A stretch of 64,000 bases of DNA from Dipteris shenzhenensis (Eukaryota). Positions within the stretch are counted from its first letter, which is position 1. Every line of letters begins with the position of its first letter. Location of the stretch: the NCBI GenBank assembly GCA_047967505.1, contig CM106538.1. The stretch is one strand, 5' to 3'. Below, in pieces: positions 1-13,445 of the stretch. The position numbers were made by a program, and so were the translations under genes. The notes below the pieces were generated by a model that was not told the origin of the DNA, ran no database searches, and saw only the letters and a list, made by a program, of their open reading frames with translations.

Positions 1-160
1 GTATAGTTACACATAGTAACATAAGTTTTATTTTCGACAATTTTCCCAAATAGTGGTTTCCACAAAGCTATGTTGAATACCTCGATAAGGAAATTGTGGA
101 AAAGCTCGCTCGCTTTTTTGGGCCCGCTCGCTTTTCCTCGCTCGCTCTATCGAATGCCTC
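1..160. mobile_element. End of an unidentified insertion/rearrangement that replaces the 5' half of the LTR of retroelement copy 1
   Basis: Match to the intact LTR (25958-26306) starts abruptly at 161 (TTCAAAGGGCAC). Bases 1-160 are unrelated, carry GCTCGCT repeats and end ...GAATGCCTC. Confidence 0.5.
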
Positions 161-2967
161 TTCAAAGGGCACTCTCTATATAAGAGGCCTATCATGTATG
201 GTTGAGAATAGCACATTTGGAATAGATTGAGAGTTTCATACTTACCGTCTCTCTCCCCATGGCTTTCCGTATTTGGTTTGATCCTCCGTGATCTTTATGC
301 TCATTAAGTGATAGATTAGGCTAGTACAATCCACACTTTGTTATGGTATCAGAGCTTAGGTCTAGTCTCCTAGATCCATTATAGGCACACCTTAGGAAGC
401 TTATGTTTTCTCTTAGATTAGTTCTAGTTTTAGATTAAGCGTTATCTTCCATGGTGGAGAGAATTTCAGTTTGTTTTGGGAAACTTCCACTCATTGAGAG
501 AGCTTAAGAGCAACAGTGAGCACGAGTGACTTCTTTAGCAATGACTATCTCCAATAGTAGCTCGCAATACTCCTACTCGTCCTCAGTAGCTCATACGAGA
601 AAGCAACTCACGTGCAGCCCGGCGCCATAGCTGAGCTCCTCCAACAAAGCTGCGCAACAACTCAGAGCTGCAAACAGCAGCCACAACAAGCTTCATGAAG
701 TCCCAACGATGCATGCACACACAACATCTAAACGACAGGTAGCAAAGGCTAATAGCAGTGAGCACAAGCATCGACCTAGATGCAGTCGACTCCAACAAGC
801 TAAGGGCCTAGCAACTACACCGACCAGCAACCATCGTGGCTTGACCAAAATAGTGTTGACAACACTTCTACAACCGGCTGCAATGGACTCCATCAAATGG
901 CAACTTAAGTAGAGCTCACAAGAGGTGACCAGCACCAGCAGCCTCTCAGTTCTGACCAGCGACTCCATAGACGGCACTACCAACGAGTTGGCCTCCGACA
1001 AGCACCCAATCGACTCACGGGCCAAGCTTTAACGACTCCATCTCTTGCATAGTCAGATTGTGCATAGCAGCTTCAAATAGCCAGGGCTTTTCCCACTGTG
1101 ACTCCACGGCAAGTGCCTAGCACATCAACTCTAGACCATCAACTGCTCCCGCAACAATGTTCTGCATCAAGGAACGTCTACAAAGCAAAAGCCTCAAGAC
1201 GAGGCAACAGACTATTTAAGAGACCCGACTCCCACGGTAGCAACCAGGCTCATCTACGGCAGCCCGCTCTCGCTCCATGCAAATCAAGCCCTCCCTAACC
1301 CGAAGGCAATCGACGAGCGATCTCCCTTAACACTGCTAGTGGCAAGCTCTCAAGAGGCTCGACCAGTGTATTAAGGAGAGCAGCTTCTTTGCTCCAATAG
1401 CAAGAGCTAGAGTTCGTTCGGCGAGCAAGTTCCATGCAATACAATGAGCCAATAGTTCTGTCAGCAACTTCTTGCAAATGCATCTCCACACATAGCCTCT
1501 CAACGGACTGCCAACCTCCAAGCTGCAACGATCCTTGCTCACAGCAAGACGGCTCCTACCTTCAATGCTGCTCGACAACCCATGCTGCATGATCATCAAC
1601 ACACCCCTTCACAGTCGCACTCGCTCCTCACAGCACCTTGCTAAGCATCACATCGAGCGAGAAGAAGACGCAGCAGAGGGAGAGAAATGGAATGCCCACA
1701 ACCAGACGTGGAGATAAGGATAGGCTTGGTTAGTGAGGCTTGGTCAGTAATTGGCTAAGTGGAAATGCCACATGGCAGATAGGTGTAGTTAAGTGAAGTT
1801 TATGGTTAGGTTTGTTTAAACTTTGGGTTAACTCATTTAGTTAAGAGTATGCCACATGGCTAAATTAGAGTCTGGTTAACTTAACCCACCATGGCTAGAG
1901 TTAGGGTTAGTTATGCCACATCAGCATGCGCAGTCAGCAGTGCCACCAAGGCAGTAACCTCTTGCTAAGCACAGTAGTGTGAGTGCAGCATGTGAATCCC
2001 CGTGACACATCATCAAAGGCCCCTCTTCTTCATCAAAACTTTGATAAGCCGTAGCTTCCAATCCAGGAGGAATCTAGACACGCTCCAAAAAGAAAAAATG
2101 ATCGTCTTTTCGATCTCTACGCATTTGTCAGATCAGAATCATTGTTAGCAATTAGACACTGCCAATATTGAAAGAAATCAATTGGTAAGACCTTTGCAAC
2201 AAATGAAAAAGCAACGCATGAATGCAGAAAGCATGCCAAAAGCACAAGTGCATGAGATGACCATAGTAGGAAGCATGGCATCCACACACAAAGCATTAAG
2301 GCACATGGAATAACAAAGCATCATGCATGAAGCTACACCAAACAAAGAAGAAAACGAGTCGTCATCAAGCCATGAGCCAAAAGGTGACATGAATGGAATG
2401 TATTGAGAAACCAAAACCTTGCCAACCTTGCCTATATTTTTGTAAATCAAGCCTGACCACCTGAGAGTAGCTATGAAAGCACCCAGGGGAGGTATTGACA
2501 TGTAGAAGCCACACTTGACCACCTTAAGTAGTAGTGCATGCACTAAGGGGAGGTGATGGAATGCAACTCACATCTAACCACCTTGGAGTAGCCAAAGTAT
2601 CATGGCACCAAGGGGAGGTGTTGAGAGATATGGTGCCATGAGCACATAGATTAAAGGGCTAAGGTATGGTATAAGAAAGAATTGAAGTAGCCACCCTAGG
2701 ATGTGGACTACATGATGTGGAGATGTGGATTGAGGATATCCACAAGGAGAGATGTGGATGAGAGGACCACACATGTGTTGACTATTCAAAGGGCACTCTC
2801 TATATAAGAGGCCTATCATGTATGGTTGAGAATAGCACATTTGGAATAGATTGAGTGTTTCATACTTACCGTCTCTCTCCCGATGGCTTTTCGTATTTGG
2901 TTTGATCCTCCGTGATCTTTATGCTCATTAAGTGATAGATTAGGCTAGTACAATCCACACTTTGTTA
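161..2967 (+). mobile_element. Non-autonomous LTR retrotransposon, copy 1 (5' LTR partial 161-343; 3' LTR 2619-2967)
   Basis: Direct repeats; Met-tRNA PBS TGGTATCAGAGC 344-355; PPT AAGGGGAGG before 2619; right TSD ATTTC 2968-2972; no gag/pol ORF inside. Confidence 0.92.
344..355 (+). other. Primer-binding site (initiator tRNA-Met)
   Basis: TGGTATCAGAGC immediately after the LTR end; same at 26307-26318. Confidence 0.9.
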
Positions 2968-4200
2968 ATTTCCTATAGGGTTGGTTGTCTCAGTGGTGGA
3001 ATTATACCTTTGCACCACAGCATGAGATCCAATCGAAGTATTATTTCTTCGAACAGGTAACGCATGATTGAGTTATTGGTTTTTTTATGGCCTCATTATA
3101 TTGAGTTATTTCAGTAGTCATATTTTTTTTCAATGCCATATTGCAGGTTGCTATATTTGTGCACATTAGCTATCGTCATGCGTAGGCTCATGTGGATGGC
3201 ATTGATAGCACCATGGACTCACTCGTCATTGTGCGAGAGTATCACTTCTACATTAGTGATGATCGATCGCATGATGCCCATTTTGTGCAGCATTGCTTCA
3301 TGTTGCATGATAGTTTCTTGAGGGATCATGGTGTCACATGGCAGGGGCACTGGATCTGGCTAGACGGATGTGGTGGTCAGTTCAAATCTGCTAGACAGTT
3401 TTATTGGTTCTGCAAATGGCACTGTGAGATAGGCATTTCAATCACATGGAGCTACTTTGAGACAGGGCACGATAAGGGAGAGCATGATGGTGCAGGTGCT
3501 TGCATGAAGCGTGCTTTGCGTCGATACCAATTGCGTCATAGTGCCGATCGCTTCAAGGATGCACATGATGTGGTGCGGTGGTGCAGCCATCACTTATCCA
3601 CTAGTGCTATCTCCTCGTTTCAGTCGCGTGACGATAGGGTGGTCAGCCGGTATTTTTGGTGCATGGACATTGGGAGTTTTAATCAGTCTAGGCCTTTTGA
3701 TTGTCATTCAGTGTCTGGCACTCTTGATTTCCATTCCATCAGGAGCAAAGGTGAGTCTCACCCGGCAATCTTTTCTCGACGGTTTGCATGTTTCTTCTTC
3801 GCATGCATTGATGATGACTCGAGAGGGTTCACCATGATACCATGGGCCGATCCATGGGCACGGCGAGTGCTTTCTCCCTTCCAGCCTTGGGAGGAGGTAC
3901 ATGATGATCAGGATGCGGGATTCAGTTCCTCTAGAGATTATGACCATCTTACAGATACGTTGTGTATTGGTGATATCTTCGCGGTCATTGCTTCGGAGGG
4001 CAATCAGGAGGGTGTGGATTATTACTTGTTGAGATGCTCTATGGCGAAGAGTGTGCTGAATGAGGATACAGTGGATGGGCATGGGATGCACTTCGATGCT
4101 CATACCATGATCGTAGGTGGCCACTATTTTCAGTAGATACAGAGGCGTGGTCGTTAAATTGAGTTCCAGGAGTACATGGCAGATCAGGAGGCATACTGCA
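2968..4200 (+). pseudogene. Sola2-like DDD transposase pseudogene, catalytic region (copy 1)
   Basis: Translates FPIGLVVSVV-(deletion)-NYTFAPQHEIQSKYY, then GT-AG intron 3057-3146, then HFYISDDRSHD, WIWLDGCGGQFKS and YFETGHDKGEHDGAGACMKR. These match Sola2-type motifs (D.C..QFK; F.T.HGKG..DG.G...KR). In-frame stops present. Confidence 0.72.
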
Positions 4201-4544
4201 TGTATTCTAGCACATTACATATCATAGTTTTGGGATCATCAGTTGATCAGATAGATTTTTCTTGGGTATCAGTAGTTGATTACATATTTTTGTATTCGAT
4301 ATGTATAGGCTCACTGTGTGACCGTACCATTGTAATTTTCATGGACTCATATTTTATATTTCACTATGATGATTTTATACACATTCATACACATCATTGT
4401 ATTAGATTCTATTTTATACATGATGTCCAATGTCTTCTCAATGGGATTCGTTATTTCTGTAAAACAAAAAATTGTTTATTAGTAGTTATGTTGTAATTGT
4501 GTTTTGTGCTTTAGGACATTTTAAAAATGTCACTAAGAAAATTC

Positions 4545-6690
4545 GTGCACGTACTAACCAAATACACATGTGGCCTTATTTGTTGGGGATGAAACTCCGC
4601 ATGGCTCTTAAGGTACCCTAGACCTACATCCATGCAAGATCTGGTCTCCAAATGATTTGGTATGTGCCACATGGAAGGTATAATGCATACATTTTTACAA
4701 GCACTCCCTACTAGTGACTATGTATGGAAAATGGTGCACAAACTAACCAAATACACATGTGGACTTATCTATTGGGAATAAACTTCGCACGGCTCTTAGG
4801 CTACCCTAGACCTACATCCATGCAAGATTTGGTCTCCAATTAATTTGGTATGTGCCACCTGGAAGGTATAATGCGTACATTTTTGCAAGCACTCCCTACT
4901 AGTGACTACATATGGAAAATGACACACGTACTAACCAAATATGCATGTGGACTTATTTGTTGGAGATGAAACTTTGCACCACTCTTAGGCTACCTTAGAC
5001 CTACATCCATGCAAGATTTGGTCTCCAATTAATTTGATATGTGCCACGTGGAAGGTATAATGCGTACATTTTTGCAAGCACTCCCTACTAGTGACTACAT
5101 ATGGAAAATGGCGCACGTACTAACCAAATATACATGTGGACTTATTTGTTGGAGATGAAACTTTGCACCACTCTTACGCTACCTTAGACCTACATCCATG
5201 CAAGATTTGGTCTCCAACTGATTTGGTATATGCCACGTGGAAGGTATAATGCATACATTTTTGCATGCACTCACTACTAGTGATGACTACGTATGAAAAA
5301 TGGCACACGTACTAAACAAATACGCATGTGGACTCATTTGTTGGGGATGAAACTTTGCACAGCTCTTAGGCTACCCTAGACCTACATCCATGCAAGATTT
5401 GGTCTCCAACAGATTTGGTATGTGCCACATGGAAGGTAGAATGCGTACATTTTTACAATCCCTACTAGTGACTATATATGAAAAATGGAGCATGCACTAA
5501 CCAAATATGCATGTGGACTTATCTGTTGGGGATGAAACTTTGCACAGCTCTTAGGCTACCCTAGACCTACATCCATGCAAGATTTGGTCTCTAACTGATT
5601 TGGTATGTGCCACATGGAAGGTATAATGTGTACATTTTTACAATCCCTACTAGTGACAGCTATGTATGAAAAAAGGCACATGTACTAACCAAATACGCAT
5701 ATGGACTTATCTGTTGGAAATGAAACTTTGCATGGCTCTTACGCTACCCTAGACCTACATCCATGCAAGATTTGGTCTCCAACTGATTTGGTATGTGCCA
5801 CGTGGAAGGTATAATGTGTACATTTTTACAATCCCTACTGGTAACTACGTATAAAAAATGGTGCACATACTAACCAAATACGCATTTGGACTTATCTATT
5901 GGGGATGAAACTTTGCCTAGCACTTAGGCTACCTTAGACCTACATCCTTGCAAGATTTCATCTCCAAATGATTTGGTATGTACCACGTGGAAGGTATAAT
6001 GCGTACATTTTTACATGCACTCACTACTAGTGATGACTACGTATGAAAAATGGCGCACGTACTAACCAAATACACATGTGGACTTATTTGTTGGGGACGA
6101 AACTTTGCACGGCTCTTAGGCTACCCTAGACCTACATCGATGCAAGATTTGGTCTCCAACTGATTTGGCATGTGCCATGTGGAAGGTTTAATGTGTACAT
6201 TTTTACAATCCCTACTAGTGACTACGTATGAAAAATAGCGCATGCACTAACCAAATATGAATGTGGACTTATCTGTTGGGGATGAAACTTTGCACGGCTC
6301 TTAGGCTACCCTAGCCCTACATCCATGCAAGATTTGGTCTCCAACTGATTTGGTATGTGCCACGTGGAAGGTATAATGTGTACATTTTTACAATCCCTAC
6401 TAGTAACTACGATGACGACTACGTATGAAAAATGGCCCACGTACTAACCAAATACGCATGTGGACTTATCTGTTGGGGATGAAACTTTGCATGGCTCTTA
6501 GGCTACCCTAGACATACATCCATGCGAGATTTGGTTGCCAATCGATTTCGTATGTCCCATGTGGAAGGTAGAATGCATACATTTTTTCATGCACTCCCTA
6601 CTAGTGACTACATATGAAAAATGGCAAACATACTAACCAAATACGCCGATGGACTTATCTGTTGTGCATGAAACTTTGCACAGCTCTTAA
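4545..6690. repeat. Tandem array, 11 full + 1 partial units of 185-197 bp
   Basis: ACTAACCAAATA unit starts at 4553, 4742, 4930, 5119, 5311, 5496, 5684, 5869, 6061, 6246, 6443, 6632. Confidence 0.97.
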
Positions 6691-8159
6691 TTGAAAAAAT
6701 TCTATGATTTGTATGTTGCATATTTGATGAAACTAATTTTGCAAGATGTTTTATGAATCGTTGGATAATAGCATTGCATTATTCACAATTCCACTTCATA
6801 GTATCAGTCATGACAATCATGCAACCCATATCCCAATGCATCCATGTTAAATACTTCGACAATTGCATAATAATAATTTGACATAATATGTCGCTTGATA
6901 GAGCATTGAATTATTTAAACATCTACATTAGTTACTTCGATTGCATATGTTTTGTGAAGTGTGTGATAATATCATTGCATTATTTACAATTTCACTTCAA
7001 AGTATGACAATTCGATGTAAAGCCCTTCAACCTCTTCACAATAATACTTTGACAAAATGTGTTGTTATAAGCATCAACACATTATTATACATTTCAAGTT
7101 ATAAGCTGTTCATATTCGTGTCTTGGAGTTCGCATCTCTGGAAACATTACTATTACAATAAATGGGCCCCAAAAAAAAAGGAGCCAATAGATGGCAATAT
7201 CCATATAAGGTGTAAATAGGCAAAAATTGAAGCTAATAGATAGGTAAAACTGAAGCCAATGGGTGTGGCATGCCAAAAAAGATTTACATGAAGGTTTTTA
7301 CATAACAGCCCGTCTTGCAATAGGAGGAGGTTGGTGGGTGTCTTGGGCCCCTAGCAAGATATGTAGTCCATGTTGGTACCGGACCACGAAGCCTCCACAG
7401 ATAACGGTAAGCTTTCTAGCAGCATGTTGGCGATGATCAACATCCACAACAAGACAAAGCACCCACAGATGCATTTTCTTAACTAAAAATAAATAAATTA
7501 CGGGCGCGTCTATTTGGGCATCTACAGACCCGCATCTATAGGCGCGTTTATACAACAAAGAAACGTGCCTATAGATGAGCTTTTAGACACTCTATAGAAA
7601 TTAAAAAAAAAACAAAAAGACAGATACATAGATGCACTTATAGACTCTCTATAGAATCTTTTCTTTAAAATCAAAGCAGAATTTTGTGTGGGTTAATAGA
7701 ATGTTGTGTATGTTGTGTATGCTATGTGGTTACAAGAATCCCATTTCCACATTATGCAATTCAATTCTTACAGCCAACTGCATTTTAATTAGCACGATTC
7801 CAAGCACATCTATAGCCAATGATTACAATTCTGAATAAAACATTACAACTCCAAAACATTTAGTTCACAAGGCATTCATTGATAGAATGTTACACAAGGA
7901 AATTGAAAGCCAAAAAAATAATAGGAGTGTATATTATATCATAGCCCAAAAAGTGCTTGTATGTACATATAGCATGAAGCCAAGCCAGGTCCTATGGCTT
8001 CAAGTACAAAAATTAAGAGGAGTGTAGATATAAGAGAGGCACGAAGCCAAGCCAATGGCTTCAAGTACAAAAAAGAGTACCAAGCACTACTTTATGACTA
8101 AATCAGTCGCAAGTGACTATGGCAACGTATGAGAGTAAATAAAAATAATGTGTTGTAGA

Positions 8160-8161
<2 letters not shown>

Positions 8162-8203
<42 letters not shown>

Positions 8204-8286
8204 ATGTGTGTGTCTGTGCACGCACGTGCATGCGTGTGTGCATGCGTGCACTTGCATGTGTAACTGCATGCGTGTGTGCATGTGTG

Positions 8287-8334
<48 letters not shown>
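8162..8334. repeat. Compound (TG)n / TGCA microsatellite
   Basis: Visible dinucleotide runs. Confidence 0.97.
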
Positions 8335-8335
<1 letters not shown>

Positions 8336-8339
8336 TTGA

Positions 8340-8860
8340 CAACTATAAATTGGCATGCATATCAATAAGAAAACTTATAAGAACTTTAGAGGCCATTACC
8401 CAACAGTCAGCAGACATTTTAGAGAACACCTCGATAATAAGAGTTTGAGTTCCACAACAGCAAGATGGCTACAGATACGGTTAGAGAAAGGCCCTAAATG
8501 CCCAATCGTTATTGCATACAATTTTTAATTTGCCCTCATAAAATGTATATATCAACTGCTTTTCATGATATATATAACTTCCATTTCTCATTCTACAAGA
8601 TCTTACTTTATATTTTGCATTTTTTGTAGATTCCACGATTAAGCGACTACTTTGACTTGGGTGTAGAGCTGTTCAAACAATAGTGCGTTGAAGATATTAT
8701 CAACAACATCCAGAATTGGCCAATCGATGCCCCTATTGATTGGGTTCCCCCTGCTCCACGAGTGTGGAGACCACCGCCTCCTCCATTCAATTTCGAAAGG
8801 GAATTTGTTCATGATTTGTATAAGTACCTCCTAACTAGTCTCTACCAACCATGTGTTTAG
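8340..8860 (+). pseudogene. Possible degenerate Ulp1/C48 SUMO-protease C-terminal fragment
   Basis: Past a stop at 8446-8448 the frame reads VPQQQDGYRYG, resembling the VPQQxxGxDCG catalytic motif. A GT donor follows, then a TTTGTAG acceptor at ~8629 and a Pro-rich exon. Confidence 0.35.
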
Positions 8861-10779
8861 AGAGGATTACTTTATGTTTTTTAAACAAAGTGAATAGGTG
8901 CCCACGTGAGTTTTCAGCAGTACTAGATTAAATGGGAAAAAACAAGGGCTAACGTTAACCGAAGAAATTAAATATTAAGGTGGCGCATTCTGATGTTTTG
9001 TCGCTGTGTGAATCTTCCACAAAAACACGTACTTCATTAATTTTGGACCGAGCAATGTCCAAATTAATGTTTCTTGGAGCAAACATTGCTATTTTTAATT
9101 CAATTATGATTCATAGGGCCAATAATGTGATGTAGAGCATTGCGTTTCATTTGCTTTCTCTTCACCACGGTGAAATAGAATATCCACATATCAAAATAAA
9201 TACAGAATGTCACACAAGGCCGATGATTTACATAAGTGCAAATCCCGATTCTCTCATACGATGATTTACGCAAGTGCAAATCCTGATGTGCACAGGCTCT
9301 AATCGTCTCCATCCTCTCCCTTTCCTTCTCCATCTTCTCCCTTTCCCTCTCACATCCCCTCCTTCCTTCTGCCTCTTTTATTGTTGGCAATATCTCGTGA
9401 ATATGGGATATGTATATTTTGCTGTATCAAGTTTCGAAGTCCGAGACTGGCTCTGGAGTAAGTTTACTGCGCGGTGCACCGAGAAATTGCGAGAATCACA
9501 ATTGCGCGGCGCATCATATATGTCGTATCAAATGAGACGTGGGACCAGGAGAACAGTTTCCAAAAAGATCCATCACTGACAAGACGTGAATGTGATGTGT
9601 CTCTCGCTCCTGTCAAATCTACCACCTTGCATTACGACCTCAGTAGTCAGGTCCTCAGTAGACGGTGTGACGGTAAGCATGAACCTTTCATGCGTGGCGT
9701 GTTACCCGTGTAAGCGTGAGCCACTGCGCACCACTTAACTAGAATGAAGTGTTTTTGGACTTCAACGTAGCAAGGTAAATTCTGCTGCCAAACTCAGCAG
9801 CAGCCAGAGTGACGCAATTGTTTGAATTACGGACTAAAGACAACTCAAAAGGAAAGAGATCAGACGTTAGGAGAATAGAGCCAAATGACGATGCAACAGT
9901 GCGTATGTTTCCATTGAACGTACATCCGTACAAATAGCCCATCCGGGAGGGAGATGGTTGCAACTGATTTCATGCTTTGAATTCGCACACACCCTTTTAC
10001 AACGTTTCACATCTCCTTCAATCTACTACTAACGTAGATGAACATTTATTCTCCTCTATTTAACAGAGTTGCGTAATGCTACGGTTACACAATACTTCAA
10101 CAGCAATCAGAATTGTCCCCCCCACACAATGTGCCCCCGGAGTCACGATAATGGCCGGATACTCCCCGAGATAGAGAATCCTCAGGGTCGGAATGGAGTG
10201 ATAGAAACTTTAGAGACTGGAGACGAATTCGTGCTGGCAACGGAATGCCCACCCAAAGAAACTCTAAAGGAGACGGAACTCTCCTGGGAGTCGGATCAAA
10301 GCCTTTGGAGTCCAAAACAAGCATTGGACTAGAGCTTAGATAAGCATTGGACTAGATTTTGGAGGCCTTGCAGTAGGAGCTGGATCTCCGAACCAGTGTC
10401 TCCCACTGCCTTTTCCCGTACTGCATCCTTGGGTCACCGGTGGATGCATGAAAGGTCCGGAGTGGAGACAACCAGTGGTACTATTGACGACTAACTTTTC
10501 AGCACTCTGAAATGGTTTTCATACTCGAAATTCAAATTCGATGCTATCGTGGTCATCAATTCGAAATGCAAATTCAAAGCTATCACTCTCATTAGATAGT
10601 AATAGGGAGCCAAATTTTTGTTTTTTAGCTTACCAAAAATAATTTGGAAGAAAGAAAACTCTGAAAGACACTCTTTAGGTGAGTGAGGGATGGTGGTACT
10701 AAGGCAATGTTCATCCAAAAAATGGTTCACCAACAAGTTCTTATTTCTCAATATTCAAATGTAGAAAGTCTAAACCATT

Positions 10780-11396
10780 TGGAGAATGAGGAATGTATTA
10801 AGGTAGGTGCAAGTAATCATATGTCTCATGAAGAAGAATGTACTTTTTAAATGCATTCGAATGAGAATTAAAAGAAAATGTAATCATGTCCCACACAAGA
10901 TTGAAGAATAAAAAATATCCTGCTTCATAGTGTTGAAAATTTTACATAGAGCATAGGAGATGCTATATTTATTCCATCAATGGTTCAAAGCCTCTTATTA
11001 GTTGGCTCTTAGTTGGCCAAATGACTGAAAGGGAATGGTGCTAGATTTTAGAAAATTAGGTTGGACGATTTGAAAAATGTACAATCCACAGAAATTTATT
11101 GCAAACAACTGTAAAGATTAGATAATATTTTGAACTTTCGTCATCCATGCCTATCCAAAGAGACTTGATAGCATCTCATCAAAACCATGATCCTTACTTA
11201 AGCGCCCTATGGCATTAGAGGTTTGGACACCTCAATTTCAAAACCTTGGTTTCACTCCAGCAAACAAACATGGTCTAAAGCCTTTCGTGTTTCATGGGAA
11301 ATTCACAACATCAATCATTTCCCATTCTTGGTCAAGGAGCATTGACATACTCTAGATCATCCATTCTTATGTTTGGAGATATGCATGACCTTTATT
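10780..11396 (+). mobile_element. Degenerate Ty1/Copia pol relic (protease to start of integrase), copy 1
   Basis: GASNHMS (protease), IFIPSMVQSLLLVG, and LWH*RFGHLNFKTL (GAG-pre-integrase). Cut at 11396 by the CACTA end. Confidence 0.75.
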
Positions 11397-13445
11397 TACT
11401 AATACACATGGGCCCTATTCCGATGCTTAAGCACTAACGTTTAGCATGCGTGGGGCGCTAATCGTCAGTAACCAAAGTGGGATTCGTTAAGTGTCGCTAT
11501 ATAGCCAAGTTTAAAGAGCATCACTATATAGCGACATTTATTAGACTTGTAAATAGTCGCTATATAGCGACACTTATTAGACTTGTGAATGGTCGCTATA
11601 TAGTGACACCAAGACAATTTCCTATAGCGATGTTTTACAGAGAGTGTTTTTTTCCATACCGACTTTAAAAGATAGTTTTCCCCAATGACAAAATTTTTTT
11701 CCCTTTTCATACATGTTTGATCCTTTGAGAGAATAAAAGTACAAGAGCATGTACATCAAGCCTTTGAAGCTCATATATTCATGTCTAAGTTTGAGATGAA
11801 AAAAATCAATGAAGAGCATTGACATCAACAGCTTCATCCTAAGCCAAGCTTAATGCACCAAACAAGTCTATCTCTAACTCTATACCGAGTTGATCTCCTA
11901 TCATCATTGTACTCTAGCATCATACATTCACCTAAGACTTGATCATCTTCTTCAATAAAGTGTGGTGATTCTTGATGATCGTCATCTTCTTCCTCAATAT
12001 CGTGATCTCCATCTTCCTCTCGTATGATGTCATTATGTGTATCTTTTTCTTGGCTCATATTGTGATCTTTATCTTCTTTGCTAGATCCATCCGGATCAAT
12101 TGGATCCAAAATTGGTAGTGGCATCTCCATATCCACGTCCCTATCTTCAAAAATTTGCTTACTGCATGGTACAACTTGGATCACGTACCACCATCTTGGA
12201 TCAAAATGATCCGGATGAAAAATCACCTATATTAAAGATGGGTGCCAAATGCCATCAATTATATATATGAAATTATATATATATCAATTACTTTATTATG
12301 TCAAGAGGTAAGAAACTTACATGCATCATACATCCAGATGATAACTCTCGCTCGCACTTGTTTATTGTCTCTCCATCGCGTTCGGCTTTATGTAGAGCCA
12401 GTTGTAGCCAATGAAGTGACATGTGAGTGGGGAGATAGGCGAGATCCCATGGATATGTTTGCGATCGCCTGTACATTACTTTGAATCTCATCCTTGCATT
12501 TATTCTTTGTACTTTGGCTGCTTCATATCTCTCAATCCACTTCTGCATCTCCTTGCTATTGAGGATACAAAGCTTATTGAATTTCTCCATTTGCTCTTCG
12601 CTCATCTTTCTTTCAATCCCTTTTCCTTGGTGAACCTCACCAACGATGTGATCATCATCCTTGTTATGCCAAGCTTGCGGCATATTGGGATCTGTGGATG
12701 CAAGAAACTCCGTGATATATACTAATGACTCTTGCACAAGCCATCCCTCTACCATGCTTGCTTCCGGTCTTACTCTTTGTCTTACAAATCCCTTCAAAGT
12801 TTTCATAAACCGCTTGAGAAAAAATATCGACTGACTATGAACGGTACCTGCAATGGCCACCTCATCAACTATGTGCACAAGCAAGTGCACTTGAGTTGTC
12901 TTAATGCTCGAGGGAAAGTGCTTCTTAAGCAAGCGTACGGCTTCGATGGATTCCATCATAGCCTTCTCGATGCTCGATATAGAGATCTGTTTTTGAGATA
13001 TCCACCTATTTCACATGCCCATGTAAGATATATTCATAATCAGTCTAGAGATTATTCAACTTAAATTGAAGAAAATGCAATCAATGCGATTTGATAGTAA
13101 GCACACCTCACAATACCACTGATTTTGAATATAGCATTTCTACCATCTTCTTGTAATAAGTACCCTTTTATTGTAATTGGAAGAATGAACTATCAAAGCA
13201 ACAAAGAAGTCATGTCAATAATATAACATGATCATAATTACACTAATGCATCACGATTATCAGTACACTAATCCTACATTAGAATACCTGTAAGACCTTG
13301 TGCCAATCATGGGAATCCTCAATGCGCCATCAGTGGACCGATGAGATGCATGCCAAGTCATCAACTCCGCTATGGATTTGCATCGAAACATGTGTTGTAT
13401 TCTTGCAATGATGGGAAAGTGTCTCAAGACCTTTACCAGTATCTA

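Noticed and set aside
583-2543. Short ORFs inside the LTR element
   Set aside because: No gag, protease, RT, RNase H or integrase motifs, and frames differ between the two copies.
4545-6690. Centromeric satellite or 5S/tRNA array
   Set aside because: Only ~12 units, and no 5S or tRNA sequence features.
7298-7558. HLWVLCLVVD resembling the Ulp1 His motif
   Set aside because: Opposite strand to the VPQQ motif and too short; probably chance.
8098-8448. HT/CV-repeat ORFs
   Set aside because: Translations of the TG microsatellite.
9100-10470. Possible host first exon (MEKERERMETIRACAHQDLHL then GT, minus strand) and upstream region
   Set aside because: No further exons or recognisable domain found; the region remains unexplained.
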